Source: Alkalispirochaeta sp. (GTDB taxonomy: Bacteria; Spirochaetota; Spirochaetia; DSM-27196; Alkalispirochaetaceae). From it: 64,000 nt of DNA. The notes beneath the pieces are model-generated. The model saw only the letters and a list, made by a program, of their open reading frames with translations, was not told the origin of the DNA and did not search any database. The number at the start of each line of letters is the position of its first letter. Position 1 is the stretch's first letter. Below, piece by piece: positions 29,506 through 39,850 of the stretch. The position numbers and the translations under genes were made by a program. The stretch spans positions 1 to 64,000 of the forward strand of contig CBDESZ010000025.1 of NCBI GenBank assembly GCA_965242725.1. Reading direction: 5' to 3'.

Positions 29506-30237
29506 CTAGTGCCGTGCTTTCGCTCCTTCCCAGGGGATAAAACGAAATTCATCGATCCGGACTTCCTCCCGAATACCGGCGGGAAGGGGGACGCCCTGAT
29601 AACGCCAGAAATTGAAATAGATGCGCCCACGACCGGGAGCGGGGACGACCCCGCCGGAGACGAAAAAGCGGGCTGCCACAAGATGGTCCGCCGGCGGCCA
29701 CGGATCGTGTCCATGCCAGCTGAGAAACTCAACATTTCCTTCCGTCCATACGATCCGGTGTGTCGTCGCGGTTCCATTCTGCTGCAGCAGGAATCGCCTG
29801 AAGTTCTCCTCATCTTCGGAGGGCTGGAGCGAATACTGCATGTTTGGCGCCTGTGTCTCGCCCCAGCGGGAAAATTCGATGTCGATTTCCCGATTACTGG
29901 GGTGAGAGCTGGGAAGTTCAAAGGTGAAAAAGGCGAATACCGAATGAGGATCGAGGCGATCGAGACGGGCGGTGATCCGGGCCTCGTAGATTCCGTATCC
30001 CATCGGTCGCCGTGCCCGAACTTCGGTGGCGTCGCTTCCCAGGGTCAAATGGAGGGCGCCGTTCCCGTCGACCCATACGTCACGGGGCGAATCGGAAAAA
30101 ACGTTACCTCCCGGAGCCGTCGGCTCTCTGCTGCTGCGGACGGTCCAGTCGATATCGCTGAATGTGATGACCCGTTGTTGACCGGTCACTGATGATGCCC
30201 CCTGCAGGAGCATCAGGACTGCAAAAAAAACTCCCAT
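29506..30237 (-). CDS. Secreted GH16-like glycoside hydrolase
   Basis: Signal peptide; GYGIYE and EIDIE catalytic motif followed by FSRWG. Confidence 0.78.
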   Translation of the reverse strand: MGVFFAVLMLLQGASSVTGQQRVITFSDIDWTVRSSREPTAPGGNVFSDSPRDVWVDGNGALHLTLGSDATEVRARRPMGYGIYEARITARLDRLDPHSVFAFFTFELPSSHPSNREIDIEFSRWGETQAPNMQYSLQPSEDEENFRRFLLQQNGTATTHRIVWTEGNVEFLSWHGHDPWPPADHLVAARFFVSGGVVPAPGRGRIYFNFWRYQGVPLPAGIREEVRIDEFRFIPWEGAKARH

Positions 30238-30287
30238 ACGCGATTATACGCCGACATCGCCGGTGAAATGTATTATCATTGTGGACG

Positions 30288-31166
30288 ATGGCGAACGAAA
30301 GGTGTGTTTTAACCGGTTTGCCCACCGGCAAGGCCTTTGATGATGTTCTGGACACCCTGGTTTCTCAGTCCAGAGAGGACGGATGGGCGCTGTTTATCCG
30401 GCTTGATCGTATCGAGTATATTAATCTGACATACGGGCGAGACGAAGGCGACGAAACACTGAAAAGCGTTGCGGAAACCATCGGACATGCGACGGACGTA
30501 GCGCTCTATCGGCATGATGGGCCGATCCTCGTCGCAATTCTCCATGGTGATACGGGCTATGTGTTTGAAACGGCTGAACGCATTCGAAAGGAGATCGCCA
30601 ACTCCTCGGAACTTGTTGAACCCGTCTCGGTTTCCATAGCCGTGATCTCCGCCGACGAGGGGGATGACCGGGTAAGTGTGGAGAATATCGCCTTCTCTCG
30701 CCTGCTCAACGCCCAGCGGCGGGGCGGAAATGTCGTCGTCGCGGTTTCGCATGTTGAAGACGATGGAGAGGGGACGCTCGGTTTTGTACTCATTGTGGAT
30801 CCGGATGTCGATACTCTGGGGATTCTTATTCGCGAAATTGAATCGCTCGGCCTCGGTGTGCTGACGGCCACTGATGGAATGGAAGCGCTGCAACTGGTTT
30901 CCCAGTACGCCCCCGACGTGATCATCACCGAAATCAACGTACCGAAGCTGTCAGGTCTCGAATTGCGGACAAAGATGCGTTCAATTTCCTCTTTCGGTGA
31001 AATTCCATTCATTCTCATCTCCCACCGCCAGACGGACGAGTTGATCCGGGAGGCGGCATCCCTCGGGATCCTCCACTACCACCGCAAACCGGTGCGTGCC
31101 GTTCTCATCGCCGAGTTGGTGCGGATCCTTGCCGCGTCCCGTTTTCAAAAAGTGCCGGGAAGCTGA
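30288..31166 (+). CDS. Degenerate GGDEF plus receiver domain protein
   Basis: LTGL, INLTYG..EGDETL, signature replaced by RHDGPIL. REC domain has IVD, DGMEAL, ITE (Glu at the phospho-Asp position) and KP. Confidence 0.8.
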   Translation: MANERCVLTGLPTGKAFDDVLDTLVSQSREDGWALFIRLDRIEYINLTYGRDEGDETLKSVAETIGHATDVALYRHDGPILVAILHGDTGYVFETAERIRKEIANSSELVEPVSVSIAVISADEGDDRVSVENIAFSRLLNAQRRGGNVVVAVSHVEDDGEGTLGFVLIVDPDVDTLGILIREIESLGLGVLTATDGMEALQLVSQYAPDVIITEINVPKLSGLELRTKMRSISSFGEIPFILISHRQTDELIREAASLGILHYHRKPVRAVLIAELVRILAASRFQKVPGS

Positions 31167-31168
31167 TT

Positions 31169-34039
31169 GTGATTGAGGTTGTAACGGAGGCTCTCCCCGT
31201 CATCGTCATCATGGCTCTTTTTCTCGCGGTGACCTTCGCAGTTGCCGTTGCCATTGCAATCACGACGGCGAACCGCCGCAGGAGTGAACGCCGGGTATCG
31301 GAATTTCGCGAACTCCTCTCTTCCTTCCTGACGACGACCTTTGATGAGGAACAGTTTGCCGCGCTCATGAAGGGGCGCTTTTTTGAGTTCATGCAGGCAT
31401 ATCAGGACCTTTCCAGCCACGTCGAAATGCCCGATGAACAGAGGCTGCGGATTGAAAGTGCCATACTGTCGCTGCAGGGTGACATAAAATGCATCGTTGA
31501 ACTGAACAGCGCCAGTCCATTTCGCCGGAGCCGGGGCGCGTTGTTCCTGGGTTTTATTCCGTCGTCGGCAGGTGCGGCGGCGCTGGACCTTGCACTCCGA
31601 AAGGAGCAGATCGACTTTGTCCGGTTGCGGATCGTTCACGCAATGTTGCGGCGCCGTTACTACCAGTCGTTGCCGACCATATTCGACAGCGTTTCCCGTT
31701 CCGAACAGGAATATCGTGATCGCGTTGCCGCAATGCTCCAGCACGGAGGGCAGGAGTTCCACCGGTATTTGCCGCTCATGAAGGATCGGCGGGAACCCGA
31801 GCTGTGCAGGTTGTTTATCCACATTGCCGCCTCTCACCCGACCGACGAAATGCAGTCGTATCTGGAAGAACTCATTGAACGGGACGATCGGGAAATCGCA
31901 CGGGAAGCGTTCGACGTTCTCATGCACAATTATACGGAGCGTATCGATCCCACCCGGTATCTCGGAAGCCGGGATCCCGAATTTGTCGTACTTGCCGTTG
32001 AAGCCCTTGGCCGCTTCCCCTCCGAGGAGAGTATAGAAACGCTCATTCCCTATTTGGCCATGGTTTCCACAAGGGAAAGCGCCGTCGCCGCATTGACGGA
32101 AATGATACGGGCTTTTCCTCCTCTTCTCCCGGAACTGGTGAGACGCTTTCGTGAGGAAACCGATAGTGAAGTCCAGAAGGGTATCGCGGAGGTGCTGGCG
32201 ACACGGGGAGAACACATTCTCGAGCGGGTATTGCGGGAACAGTGGCTCGATGGGACGAGGCTTTTAGGTCTGCTGCTGTCTACCGGGAAAGCGACGGGTA
32301 TTCTCTCATTTCTCAATCGAAACAATGATCCCGACGCTGAGGCCGAGGCGTGTCAGCGAATCGGCGGTGTCATCAGGGAAGACCCGGACTTGCGGGAAGA
32401 GTACAGCCTCCATGCCAAGGAAAGCGTCCTGGGTGCGCTGGGGCTGGAACGACGCCATCTTTCCTCAGAAAAGGGAGAACGAATGCGGGAGAATCCGGAG
32501 GCACGGGTTCTTGCGGTCGTCCTGGCGGCACTCTTTCTTCTTCCGCCTGCGTTCTATATGGCGTCGATTGCCGTCGGCGGTACCCTGTCCGGAAAAACCC
32601 TCGTCGGCGAAGCCGTTTCCTATTTGGTCTGGTTCCAGGAGGTCTTTATATACTATGCCGTCGCACTGAATACTGTATATCTCATACTCCTTATAGCGGC
32701 TGTTACGGAGATGCACCGTATGTCCCGTATGAAGTCGGTACGCCCCGCAGATTTTCTCTTTCGCGACGGTGTATTGCCTGCGATCAGCATCATCATGCCC
32801 GCCTATAATGAGGCAAAGACGATCGTGGAGAGCGTCCACGGATTGCTCAATCTGCGATATCCTCAGTACGAAGTAATCGTGGTGAACGACGGTTCCATTG
32901 ACAATACATTACAGCGACTCATTTCCGAGTTTGAACTGGAACGTACCGGTGTCTTTATCCACAGAGATCTGGAAACGCGGATAGTCCGTGGGGCTTACAG
33001 GAGTCGATCATTTCCGAGTCTCCTCGTTCTTGACAAGGCGAACGGAGGAAAGGCCGATTCTCTGAATGCAGGGATTAACGCCGCACGGTATCCCTATTAC
33101 GCCGCAATCGATGCGGATTCACTTCTTGAAAATGACGCGCTGCTGCATCTGGCGGCAAAGACGCTGGACTCGCAGGACCCGGTCGTCGCGGTCGGCGGCA
33201 GCGTACTGCCCATAAACGGCAGCCGGGTGCATCGGGGTCATATCGATTTCGTCGGACTGCCCCGGAACCGGCCGGCGCGACTTCAAATGGTGGAATATAT
33301 CCGTTCGTTTATGATCGGCCGCACCGGCTGGGCGCGTCTCAAGTCGCTGCTTATCGTTTCAGGGGCATTCGGACTCTTTAACCGTGCCGCCGTTGTGAAG
33401 GCACGGGGATATCTGACCTCCAGTGAACGACACCTCAAAGATACGGTGGCGGAGGATATGGAACTGGTTGTTCGCCTCGTCAAGGATCGTCATGAACGTG
33501 GTCGTCCCGGGACGGTTCGTTTTGCGCCGGAGGCATACTGCTGGACAGAAGTCCCGGAGTCCCTGAAATTCCTTGCCGCCCAGAGAGACCGGTGGCAGCG
33601 GGGTCTCATCGACGTCCTGTTTTTTCACCGGAAAATGGTATTCAACCGGCGATTTGGAACGGCGGGAATCTTCGGGCTGTCCTATCAGTTTATTTTTGAA
33701 ATGCTGGGTCCCTGGGTGGAGGTTCAGGCACTTGTCTTTCTGGTGATTGCCCTCGCACTGAGTGTCGTTCCGATGTATATCGTCGTCCTGGTGTTTACCG
33801 CGTCAATCGGCCTGGGAGTGCTTACGTCCCTCCTGGCGGTGCAGCTCGTAGAATGGGACGGTGTCGTTTTTTCCCGCTGGGACAGAATTCGATTGTTCCT
33901 CACCTCGATCTCGGAGAATTTCGGGTATAGACAGTTTTCAAGTTTTCTTCGCCTGAAGGGATATTTGAGTATCTTCGGGCGGCGATCGGGATGGGGAGTC
34001 ATGCGACGACAGGGATTCACCGGGAGGAATGAAACGTGA
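31169..34039 (+). CDS. HEAT-repeat plus processive GT2 glycosyltransferase fusion
   Basis: N-terminal TM and helical repeats; PAYNE, NDGS, NGGKADSLN, DAD, SGAF, AED, QRDRW; C-terminal TMs. Confidence 0.9.
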   Translation: MIEVVTEALPVIVIMALFLAVTFAVAVAIAITTANRRRSERRVSEFRELLSSFLTTTFDEEQFAALMKGRFFEFMQAYQDLSSHVEMPDEQRLRIESAILSLQGDIKCIVELNSASPFRRSRGALFLGFIPSSAGAAALDLALRKEQIDFVRLRIVHAMLRRRYYQSLPTIFDSVSRSEQEYRDRVAAMLQHGGQEFHRYLPLMKDRREPELCRLFIHIAASHPTDEMQSYLEELIERDDREIAREAFDVLMHNYTERIDPTRYLGSRDPEFVVLAVEALGRFPSEESIETLIPYLAMVSTRESAVAALTEMIRAFPPLLPELVRRFREETDSEVQKGIAEVLATRGEHILERVLREQWLDGTRLLGLLLSTGKATGILSFLNRNNDPDAEAEACQRIGGVIREDPDLREEYSLHAKESVLGALGLERRHLSSEKGERMRENPEARVLAVVLAALFLLPPAFYMASIAVGGTLSGKTLVGEAVSYLVWFQEVFIYYAVALNTVYLILLIAAVTEMHRMSRMKSVRPADFLFRDGVLPAISIIMPAYNEAKTIVESVHGLLNLRYPQYEVIVVNDGSIDNTLQRLISEFELERTGVFIHRDLETRIVRGAYRSRSFPSLLVLDKANGGKADSLNAGINAARYPYYAAIDADSLLENDALLHLAAKTLDSQDPVVAVGGSVLPINGSRVHRGHIDFVGLPRNRPARLQMVEYIRSFMIGRTGWARLKSLLIVSGAFGLFNRAAVVKARGYLTSSERHLKDTVAEDMELVVRLVKDRHERGRPGTVRFAPEAYCWTEVPESLKFLAAQRDRWQRGLIDVLFFHRKMVFNRRFGTAGIFGLSYQFIFEMLGPWVEVQALVFLVIALALSVVPMYIVVLVFTASIGLGVLTSLLAVQLVEWDGVVFSRWDRIRLFLTSISENFGYRQFSSFLRLKGYLSIFGRRSGWGVMRRQGFTGRNET

Positions 34040-34818
34040 GCAGCTATTATCACAGGACGAGTTTGCATGTCGGGATATTTCTGTTCCTTGTCATCATTTC
34101 TACCGCCGCGGAAGGTCAGGTATTCCGAAACATCACCGGGATCCGGGTGGATTCCTACTTTGACGATACCTACGGCATGACGCTGGAAAACGTATTTATC
34201 GCACCCGTCATCGAGGACCGTCTGCAGGTGCATGGGGAAGTCCGAAACGAGACGGACAATCGTTCGGGAACGGTACGCACCCTGACGGGAGTCCATGCGG
34301 GGCCGATTTTCCTTTTTACCAGACATCTCTACGGCCTGGTGGTATATGGGGGATCATTCCGGGACTCGGGAAATCTTGTACATGAGTTGCGGGGGCAATT
34401 GCACTACGAGACCGCCCGGTATCGCGTTGACGGCGGGGTTCGAGGTTTTCTCGAACCCGAGGAGGATGTGGCGTATCTCGTTGCCTCCATCGGCGGGAGG
34501 GTAGGGATCACCGAGCGGGGCGGTCTTTTTGGGAAATACTTCCTCGGCTATAACAACGACAAAGAGGTAAGCAATTCGGTCTGGATGGAAGGCGACTACC
34601 GTTTCACCCCCCGTATTTCCGCCAGATTCGGTGGAACTCTTGGTACCGGAGAAACAGACGGAACCGCTTTGGACTCTTCACTGCAGTATTCGGTCATTTC
34701 CGGCGTGTCCATGGCGCTCTCCGACCGGGTGACATTGCGCTATCAGCTCGAGTATTTCGATCAGGCGGGAAACCCGGACGGCGTCCGGAATCTCGTTCTT
34801 CTGGACTTGCGCTTTTAG
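34036..34818 (+). CDS. Outer-membrane beta-barrel (YaiO-like position)
   Basis: Signal peptide, amphipathic strands, C-terminal DLRF. Confidence 0.7.
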   Translation: MSSYYHRTSLHVGIFLFLVIISTAAEGQVFRNITGIRVDSYFDDTYGMTLENVFIAPVIEDRLQVHGEVRNETDNRSGTVRTLTGVHAGPIFLFTRHLYGLVVYGGSFRDSGNLVHELRGQLHYETARYRVDGGVRGFLEPEEDVAYLVASIGGRVGITERGGLFGKYFLGYNNDKEVSNSVWMEGDYRFTPRISARFGGTLGTGETDGTALDSSLQYSVISGVSMALSDRVTLRYQLEYFDQAGNPDGVRNLVLLDLRF

Positions 34819-34894
34819 GCGCCCCAATGGTCGACTCCTTTTCGATCCCATACTGATTTAATTATCTTTATGGATACGTTCGAATGGAGTAAAG

Positions 34895-36895
34895 ATGAAG
34901 ATACAAGGAATACGACCGGGTATCATCGGTCGTGGATTGATAATTTTCGGTTTCATCGCCATGTTTCTGGTGCTATGGGGGTGTGAAACGACCGGCGACG
35001 GGATTACCGGGAATGAGCGCGATGGCGGCACCGTTGCCGTCGACGGTGAACCCCGCGGCGAAGGCAACGGTGAGAGTGATCCCAACGCGGGGAGATTTGC
35101 GGCGCTGTCCTTCCCGGAGCGCGCTGAATGGGTCAACGTTGATACACCCCTTGCAATGGAGGAACTGGAGGGGCGGTACGTCCTCCTCGATTTCTGGACC
35201 TACGGCTGCATCAATTGCTATCACATGATTCCCAACCTCAACCGACTGCATGAACGGTACGACGGGAAACTGGTGGTTATCGGTGTCCATTCGGCAAAAT
35301 TTACGGAAGAACAGGATACGCGGAACATACGGGAAGCGGTGGAGCGCTATGACATTCGATATCCCGTCATCAACGACCGGGATATGACCCTGTGGCGAGG
35401 ATATGGAATCCCCGGCTGGCCGACGATTGTCCTTATCGATCCCGACGGGTATGTCGTCGGCGCCACCACGGGAGAGTGGGACTACGACCGTCTGTCGGGG
35501 CTGCTGGATCAGACCATCGACGGAGACCCCGATACAATACCCCCTGTGCTGCCGCAATTTGAACAGGCGGCAACAACACAAACTTCCGCAACGCGTCTCA
35601 GTTTTCCCCAGGGACTCGCGTACGACGAGAATACGGGATCGTTGTACGTCAGTGACAGCGGAAACAACCGCATCGTTCGACTCGATCCCGATTCCGGGAG
35701 CGTTACCGCCGTGTGGGGTACCGGTGGCGCCGGTTTGCGAGATGGTGAAGCGGTATCCGCACAGTTCAACCGTCCCCGGGGGCTCGCGATACACGACGGT
35801 GATCTGTACGTCGCAGATACGGGAAATCATGCGATCCGGAGAGTGAATATCGAGACCGGGAAAGTGGAAACCATCGTCCGCGGCGGTATCGGTGTGGACA
35901 ACGTCATACGCAGTCCCTGGGATCTTGCCGGCGACGGAAAGCGGCTCTACTTCTCGAACACCGGTCAGCACCAGATCTGGACGCTCGACCCTGAAAGCGG
36001 AGAGACCGCCGTGTATGCCGGAACCGGATACGAAGGAATCGTCGACGGCGAGGCGGATACTGCGGAGTTTGCCCAGCCCAGCGGAATTTCCTATCACGGC
36101 GGTACGCTCTACGTCGCCGACCCCGAGTCCAGCGCGGTCCGGGCGGTTGATACCGAAGCAAACGGCCGTGTCGTCACGCTCGCCGGAACGGGCCTCTTTG
36201 ATTTTGGATATCGTGACGGCAGTGTTGAAAACGCCCAGCTCATGCATGTCGGCGATGTTGAATACACGACGGAGGGTATTGTCCTCGCCGACACCTATAA
36301 CAACAGTCTTCGTCTTCTCTTCGACGGTGTCGTGAGGACGATCACCCAGGATCTGAACGAACCGATGGCGCTGGCCACAGACGGCAGGCGCGTATGGGTC
36401 GCGGACACAAACAACCACCGCATCGTTCAGACCGACATCACCCGCCTGTCCACTGGCGACGCGACGCTCGACTCGGTGGCCCTGCGTCCCGGGGATGGTG
36501 TCGACGGCGGAGCGTCCGTGCCGATTAGCTATCGCCAGGATCTTGCGAGGGGATCACTTCGATTTGCGGTGCAACTGCCTGACGGGCATAAACTGAACGA
36601 GGAGAGTCCCAACTCGCTGGTGTTTCGCGGGAGCTCCGGCGAGGAGTTGGTCTTCCCGGTGGCAAGTGAAGGGACCGAACGCCAGACGGTAACCGTTCCT
36701 TGGACACGATTACGGGAAGCGGGCGTACTGGACGATGTATCGTCACGACAGAGCGTGATGGTGGAGGGATGGTTTTACTACTGCCTTCAGGAAAACGAAG
36801 AGATTTGCCGCTTTTTCTCCACAGAACTTCAGCTGCTCCTGGAAGACGATCCCGGCAACAGCGCGGACGCGACCCTTCCGATCGACATCGGGTAG
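34895..36895 (+). CDS. Lipoprotein with thioredoxin-like and NHL-repeat domains (NHLRC2/SOQ1-like)
   Basis: LWGC lipobox; DFWTYGCINC, GVHSAKF, WPT; repeated YVADTGNH-type motifs. Confidence 0.88.
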   Translation: MKIQGIRPGIIGRGLIIFGFIAMFLVLWGCETTGDGITGNERDGGTVAVDGEPRGEGNGESDPNAGRFAALSFPERAEWVNVDTPLAMEELEGRYVLLDFWTYGCINCYHMIPNLNRLHERYDGKLVVIGVHSAKFTEEQDTRNIREAVERYDIRYPVINDRDMTLWRGYGIPGWPTIVLIDPDGYVVGATTGEWDYDRLSGLLDQTIDGDPDTIPPVLPQFEQAATTQTSATRLSFPQGLAYDENTGSLYVSDSGNNRIVRLDPDSGSVTAVWGTGGAGLRDGEAVSAQFNRPRGLAIHDGDLYVADTGNHAIRRVNIETGKVETIVRGGIGVDNVIRSPWDLAGDGKRLYFSNTGQHQIWTLDPESGETAVYAGTGYEGIVDGEADTAEFAQPSGISYHGGTLYVADPESSAVRAVDTEANGRVVTLAGTGLFDFGYRDGSVENAQLMHVGDVEYTTEGIVLADTYNNSLRLLFDGVVRTITQDLNEPMALATDGRRVWVADTNNHRIVQTDITRLSTGDATLDSVALRPGDGVDGGASVPISYRQDLARGSLRFAVQLPDGHKLNEESPNSLVFRGSSGEELVFPVASEGTERQTVTVPWTRLREAGVLDDVSSRQSVMVEGWFYYCLQENEEICRFFSTELQLLLEDDPGNSADATLPIDIG

Positions 36896-36911
36896 GGGAG
36901 CGGCACGGCAA

Positions 36912-37946
36912 TTACATATAGCCGGCAGCGGGGAAGAGTCCCTCCTTCGTGAGGCGGTCCCGAGCGGTGGCGAGGAGCTTCTCCGGGAGGCGACTACCGC
37001 TGTGGGTCATCGGCGGCGGTTGGGTATGTGCCGACGGGCCCCACGCAAAAAAATGGTCTATCGCCTTGTTGGCATTGGCAAAGGGATTGCCGAACTCAAG
37101 AATTGCGGCATCCTGAAATACCGCACTGACGACCCGTGTAATGCGGTCGGACAGCGCGTCGGCCGCGGCGATATCGCCTTCCGCGATGAGTTGTATCATT
37201 CGTGAAAGGGGCTCGGCAAAACAGTTCGCCGTGCTGAGGAGAAAACCGTCGTAGGAACCGCCGTTTGACCTGATCCAGCTGGAGTAGTCTCCCTCAGCCC
37301 CGCGGACAAGGTAGAGATCGGCAAGATCTGCACCGGAACGCACGACACGGTCTTCGCCACTGGTATCCTTCATCATGTAGACATTGGGGAACTCTGCGAC
37401 CAGCGCCGCCACCGTCTCCGGTGACATTTCGTTTTCCGTTATCTGCGGCAGCTGGTAAATCGCCAGGGGGACGCCGGTTTGCGCTATGGCGGACAGTTCA
37501 CCGTGGATATTCTCCCGGGAGAGTTCCTTCCCTTTGGGAGGCGTCACGGTGAAACCGCAGATGTGTTTCTTTGCGAGGGCGGACACATCGGCGTTTCCGG
37601 CGGTATGCCGCTGGAGAATCGACGTAATGGCGGGGATGACGCTTCCCCGTTGAGTACGGAGGATACCGACCATCAGTGAGAAGTCCTGTGCCGCCGCCTC
37701 CTCGATGAGAAAATCGATGAGGGCATCCGACTCCTCCGGGGGCATCTCCCATCCGTCACCGGTAGAACCGGGAGCGAGAAAAGCGGGGACCCACCGTCGC
37801 ATGTGTCGAATGTGGGCGGACATGCGCGCCGTGTCTATTTCTCCGACTGAGGTGTAGTGGGTGAGCAGGGGGCACCACAGCGTCGGCACGCCTCCCGGGA
37901 AAAGGGTGGCGATCATGTCGCGTCGTCCTATTGTCTTGCCATTCAT
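36912..37946 (-). CDS. Dihydrodipicolinate synthase family aldolase/lyase
   Basis: GSTGDG, IYQLP, MKDTSG Schiff-base Lys. Confidence 0.82.
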   Translation of the reverse strand: MNGKTIGRRDMIATLFPGGVPTLWCPLLTHYTSVGEIDTARMSAHIRHMRRWVPAFLAPGSTGDGWEMPPEESDALIDFLIEEAAAQDFSLMVGILRTQRGSVIPAITSILQRHTAGNADVSALAKKHICGFTVTPPKGKELSRENIHGELSAIAQTGVPLAIYQLPQITENEMSPETVAALVAEFPNVYMMKDTSGEDRVVRSGADLADLYLVRGAEGDYSSWIRSNGGSYDGFLLSTANCFAEPLSRMIQLIAEGDIAAADALSDRITRVVSAVFQDAAILEFGNPFANANKAIDHFFAWGPSAHTQPPPMTHSGSRLPEKLLATARDRLTKEGLFPAAGYM

Positions 37947-38031
37947 ACGAAAAACTGTACCACGGAAATGGGAAGGGAGCCACCGCGGCGACGGGGAGCT
38001 CCGGGCTGCCCGAGACGGCGCATCCGCCGCC

Positions 38032-38847
38032 CTATGGAAAGAACCGTCGGGCGATTTCCTCTATCGCGCCGTCGTCGGCACTTCGCTCAAGAACGATATC
38101 CGCCGCCTCCTTCACGGCATCGACGGCGTTGGCCACCGCAACTCCGAGGCCGGCGGTCTGGATCATCTCTATGTCGTTATAGCTGTCGCCGACCGCAATC
38201 GTCTCTTCAATGGGTATACCGAGCTTTTCCGCAAGGGTACGCAGAGCCGTTCCCTTGCTTGCGCCGGAGTTGAGAAATTCGATGTAGTGTGGTTTGGAAC
38301 GGGTGACACGAAACCGCCCGTCGCTGAGACGGCTGAGCGCAGTGAGGTGCTCCTCAATTGTTGTGGGGTCGTGAATCGCGAGAAGTTTCGGCGTCCTGTC
38401 ACCCACGGTCGAATGCAGGTCGGCGGTCATCCTGAGATTCATGCCCGTCGATTCAGCGTAGTCCGCACCATATTGCTCTGCATTTGTTCCGTCGCCCTGA
38501 GTGTACACGTCGCCTCCGGCGTAACCCTGAAGGTGGAGCCGGTGCTCCCGGGCGTAGGCGATGATTTCCTGAATGACGTCGGTTCCCAGGGGCCACTCAA
38601 AAAGAGGGGTTCCCGATCGGGCCTGCACGACCTGCGCTCCGTTGTATGTAATAAGGTATTCGTCGTCGGCCAGTTCTATGATGCGCGAAACGAGGCGCTG
38701 CATGCTTTCCGTCGCCCGTCCCGAGCTGAAGACGACGGTGATACCGCGTCGATGAAGTTCTTCCAGGGCGCGGTGATTTGCCTCCGGTAAAGAACCGTCG
38801 GCGGCGAGGATTGTGTCGTCAATGTCCGTTGCCAGTAAGCGATACAT
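38032..38847 (-). CDS. Cof-type HAD-IIB hydrolase
   Basis: DIDDT, SSGR, SKG, GDSYND. Confidence 0.93.
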   Translation of the reverse strand: MYRLLATDIDDTILAADGSLPEANHRALEELHRRGITVVFSSGRATESMQRLVSRIIELADDEYLITYNGAQVVQARSGTPLFEWPLGTDVIQEIIAYAREHRLHLQGYAGGDVYTQGDGTNAEQYGADYAESTGMNLRMTADLHSTVGDRTPKLLAIHDPTTIEEHLTALSRLSDGRFRVTRSKPHYIEFLNSGASKGTALRTLAEKLGIPIEETIAVGDSYNDIEMIQTAGLGVAVANAVDAVKEAADIVLERSADDGAIEEIARRFFP

Positions 38848-38983
38848 GAATTGATTCTACGTGCCCGGCAGACCGGGGACAAGTGGGACCCGGGAGTATT
38901 CAGAAGCGTGTTGAAATTCGGGGCTCACTTCTTTGCAGGAAAGGCACTTGGAACTATCCGGTAAAGCCGGGTACGATCGCCTC

Positions 38984-39826
38984 ATGACGGCCCAGGGAAT
39001 AATAGTCAAAATGCCCGTCCACCTGGACGAGGGGAGCGCCCGGTATACACTTCGTCTGGAACAGCCGCGGCCGTCCGCGGGAGCGGAGCCGGCGGGTTAT
39101 CAGGAGATCTCCCTCAATGAACTTGTGGGCAACGATATAACGATCGTTCACACCGGAGGATATACCTGTACGCGCTGCGGACGATCCGTGGACAAACTGT
39201 TCGGGGAAGGATTCTGCTTCCCCTGTTTTCGTGATGCACCGGAAGCGGGAGAGTGTATCGTCAGGCCCGAGTTATGCGAGGCACACCTGGGAGGCGGGAG
39301 AGACCCCCAATGGGAGCAGGAGCACCACCATCAACCGCACGCCGTCTATCTCGCGGTGACAAGCGCCGTCAAGGTGGGGGTCACCCGGGCGACCCAAATA
39401 CCGACCCGCTGGATCGATCAGGGAGCTGCGTGGGCGGTTCAGATTGCCGACGTCCCGTACCGGCAGTTGGCCGGGCGCATCGAGGTGGCCCTGAAGGCGC
39501 TCTACACCGACCGCACCGCGTGGCAACGCATGTTAAAGGGGGAAACCCTGGACGGTGTCGATCTTGCCGCCGAAGGGCGAAAAATTGCCGGGCACCTGGA
39601 CGCCGAACTTGTTCCGTACCTTATCGCCGTCGATCAGCTCCGGCGTATCGACATAAGGTATCCGATCCGGACGGCGCCTCCAAAGGTTCGGTCCACGGGA
39701 TTGCAGAAAAACCCCGTCATTTCCGGACGGCTGGAGGGGATTCGGGGGCAATACCTGATTCTGGACGGCGGGAAGGTCGTGAATGTTCGGCGCCATTCAG
39801 GGTATGTCGTGAGCGTGACGGTATGA
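38984..39826 (+). CDS. DUF2797 family protein
   Basis: CxxC..CFPC, CIVRPELC, HAVYLA, KVGVT, RWIDQGA, GIRGQYL. Confidence 0.85.
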   Translation: MTAQGIIVKMPVHLDEGSARYTLRLEQPRPSAGAEPAGYQEISLNELVGNDITIVHTGGYTCTRCGRSVDKLFGEGFCFPCFRDAPEAGECIVRPELCEAHLGGGRDPQWEQEHHHQPHAVYLAVTSAVKVGVTRATQIPTRWIDQGAAWAVQIADVPYRQLAGRIEVALKALYTDRTAWQRMLKGETLDGVDLAAEGRKIAGHLDAELVPYLIAVDQLRRIDIRYPIRTAPPKVRSTGLQKNPVISGRLEGIRGQYLILDGGKVVNVRRHSGYVVSVTV

Positions 39827-39850
39827 TCGCGACGCCGCGCCCGTCGCGGG

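Noticed and set aside
30223..30230. A8 tract in the GH16 signal-peptide coding region as a phase-variation switch
   Set aside because: In frame and explained by Val-Phe-Phe codons; no evidence of length variation
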